From Candidatus Hadarchaeales archaeon (GTDB taxonomy: Archaea > Hadarchaeota > Hadarchaeia > Hadarchaeales > WYZ-LMO6), in NCBI GenBank assembly GCA_038851755.1, contig JAWCKR010000009.1, forward strand, positions 1-49,101: DNA of 49,101 bases. The letters run 5' to 3'. The notes under the pieces are model-generated. The model was not told where the DNA came from. It made no database searches and saw only the letters and a program-made list of their open reading frames with translations. Below are positions 48,062-49,101 of the stretch, piece after piece; positions within the stretch are counted from its first letter, which is position 1; every line of letters begins with the position of its first letter. The position numbers and the translations under genes were made by a program.

Positions 48062-48480
48062 GGGGGGTCTCCACCTTCATCGGGACCATTTTCCTTCTTG
48101 GTCTTACCCTCTCCATCTTCGCGGTCTACGTGTGGGGTGTGGTGGGGAAAGGGAGCACGACGCCGGCGCAGCCCATCCAGGCGGTGGTGAGGGTGGAGAG
48201 CGAGGGCGGGACGCTAGTAGTGAGGCACGTGGTGGGGGACGAAATCCCCAAGGCCTTCAAGCTGTACAACGGGGCGGTGACCTGGCTGAATCTGGTGGTG
48301 AGAAAGAATGGGGAGAACCTGAACGTGGTGGGGGGTGCTAGGATGGGAAGCCTCACCACGGGGATGGTGGACTTCGGTCCGGGGAGCAAGCTGGAGCTTC
48401 CCGTGAGCGTGGGAAGCGGAGACACAGTGACCGTCGTCTATGTCCCCACCGGGCAGACTCTCTGTGAGAAGGAGTTCTGA
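48058..48480 (+). CDS. Archaeal type IV pilin
   Basis: MRG|VSTFIGTIFLL, HVVGD, WLNLVVRKNG and VVYVPTGQTL; ATGA overlap with the previous pilin. Confidence 0.85.
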   Translation: MRGVSTFIGTIFLLGLTLSIFAVYVWGVVGKGSTTPAQPIQAVVRVESEGGTLVVRHVVGDEIPKAFKLYNGAVTWLNLVVRKNGENLNVVGGARMGSLTTGMVDFGPGSKLELPVSVGSGDTVTVVYVPTGQTLCEKEF

Positions 48481-48521
48481 AAAAAAAGAGGAAAAAAGAA
48501 AGAAAAAGTGGAGGAAGGGAC
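48481..48521 (-). terminator. Oligo-T (archaeal intrinsic) terminator of the minus-strand pilin
   Basis: The plus strand reads AAAAAAAGAGGAAAAAAGAAAGAAAAAG, giving several T5-T8 runs just after the stop on the minus strand. Confidence 0.65.
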
Positions 48522-48989
48522 TCAGTAAGTTACCTCTTTCTCCACGAGGGTCTGGTTCTTGGGCACCCACTTAAGCGACACCTTGTCTCCGATGTTTAGA
48601 GTCTTGCCGAGCGGTATCCATATTTGATCGCCCACCACCATGGAGTAAGTCCTAGCAGTAGCTCCCCAGGTGACTTTGGTGCCTTCGGAAATCATGATAG
48701 TGCTAGCAGTAGGTTGGATTATCTCTCCGTTGACCCTCAGCTCTAGATTCTTCCATTTGACCGTACCACCAGAGTTCTCAATTACATCGTTCGCCCTCTC
48801 ACCATAGGTGTGCTTGATAGTGATGGCAGTCCTTCCGTTCTCTACGTTCTCTAGGGAAAGCTGTCCGCTGAAGATCACGCTCGGCTGGGGAGCCGAGGCG
48901 AGGGAAAGCGCCAGGATGGCTGCGACGGCGAACACTATGGCTATCAGCACGATGGTCGCTATCATGGGTGAAACTCCTTTGCTGTCCAT
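48522..48989 (-). CDS. Archaeal type IV pilin, likely the major pilin
   Basis: SKG|VSPMIATIVLIAIVFAVA, HTYGE, WKNLELRVNG and KWVPKNQTL. Perfect GGAGGTGA RBS and its own terminator. Confidence 0.88.
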   Translation of the reverse strand: MDSKGVSPMIATIVLIAIVFAVAAILALSLASAPQPSVIFSGQLSLENVENGRTAITIKHTYGERANDVIENSGGTVKWKNLELRVNGEIIQPTASTIMISEGTKVTWGATARTYSMVVGDQIWIPLGKTLNIGDKVSLKWVPKNQTLVEKEVTY

Positions 48990-48993
48990 TTCT

Positions 48994-49041
48994 TCACCTC
49001 CTTTTTTCTGAAGGATATTCAGACTGGGGGCTTAAAAAAGG
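48994..49041 (-). promoter_or_regulatory. RBS and TATA box of the putative major pilin
   Basis: GGAGGTGA at 49001-48994 (-) and TTTTTTAAG at about 49040-49032 (-). Confidence 0.55.
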
Positions 49042-49101
49042 TTGGGAAAATCTCCTCGCGGTGGTATGGAAAGGTAACACGGAAAACTTTATTATTCCGG
49101 A

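Noticed and set aside
27401-48989. Island as a mobile element or diversity-generating retroelement
   Set aside because: No integrase, transposase, reverse transcriptase, tRNA, att-like repeat or template/variable repeat pair was seen, and composition mostly matches the housekeeping region.

Overview
This is a gene-dense, GC-rich (about 65% by eye), purine-loaded window from an archaeon, probably a thermophile. The gene set (thermosome, GHMP-type shikimate kinase, AMP phosphorylase, class III signal-peptide pilins, DGGGP-synthase-like UbiA) fits an uncultured lineage such as Hadarchaeota, but that taxonomy is only an impression. From 0.6 to 8.7 kb lies a KlbA/TadA pilus ATPase interrupted by three LAGLIDADG inteins (Ser-, Cys- and Ala-starting; the middle one lacks three canonical catalytic residues), followed by two TadB/C platform genes. 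From 8.7 to 21.7 kb are a B12-type radical SAM enzyme (Grs/Gms-like from memory), grpE-dnaK-dnaJ, aroA-aroC-aroK, a chorismate mutase/ACT fusion, AMP phosphorylase, pdaD, a structured intergenic hairpin and the thermosome. From 21.8 to 27.4 kb is a second type IV filament machine (FlaJ/TadC, FlaI/VirB11, MinD, KaiC/FlaH-like). The best candidate for a new system is 27.4-49 kb. There, seven related type IV pilins (three carrying large cargo domains) are interleaved, and partly in apparent operons, with four UbiA prenyltransferases (three of a divergent subfamily), two geranylgeranyl reductases, two B12 radical SAM enzymes, two GT2s, a methyltransferase and three paralogues of an unrecognised His-motif membrane protein. 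All family calls come from motifs read by eye; no searches were run. No tRNA, rRNA, CRISPR array or transposase was seen.
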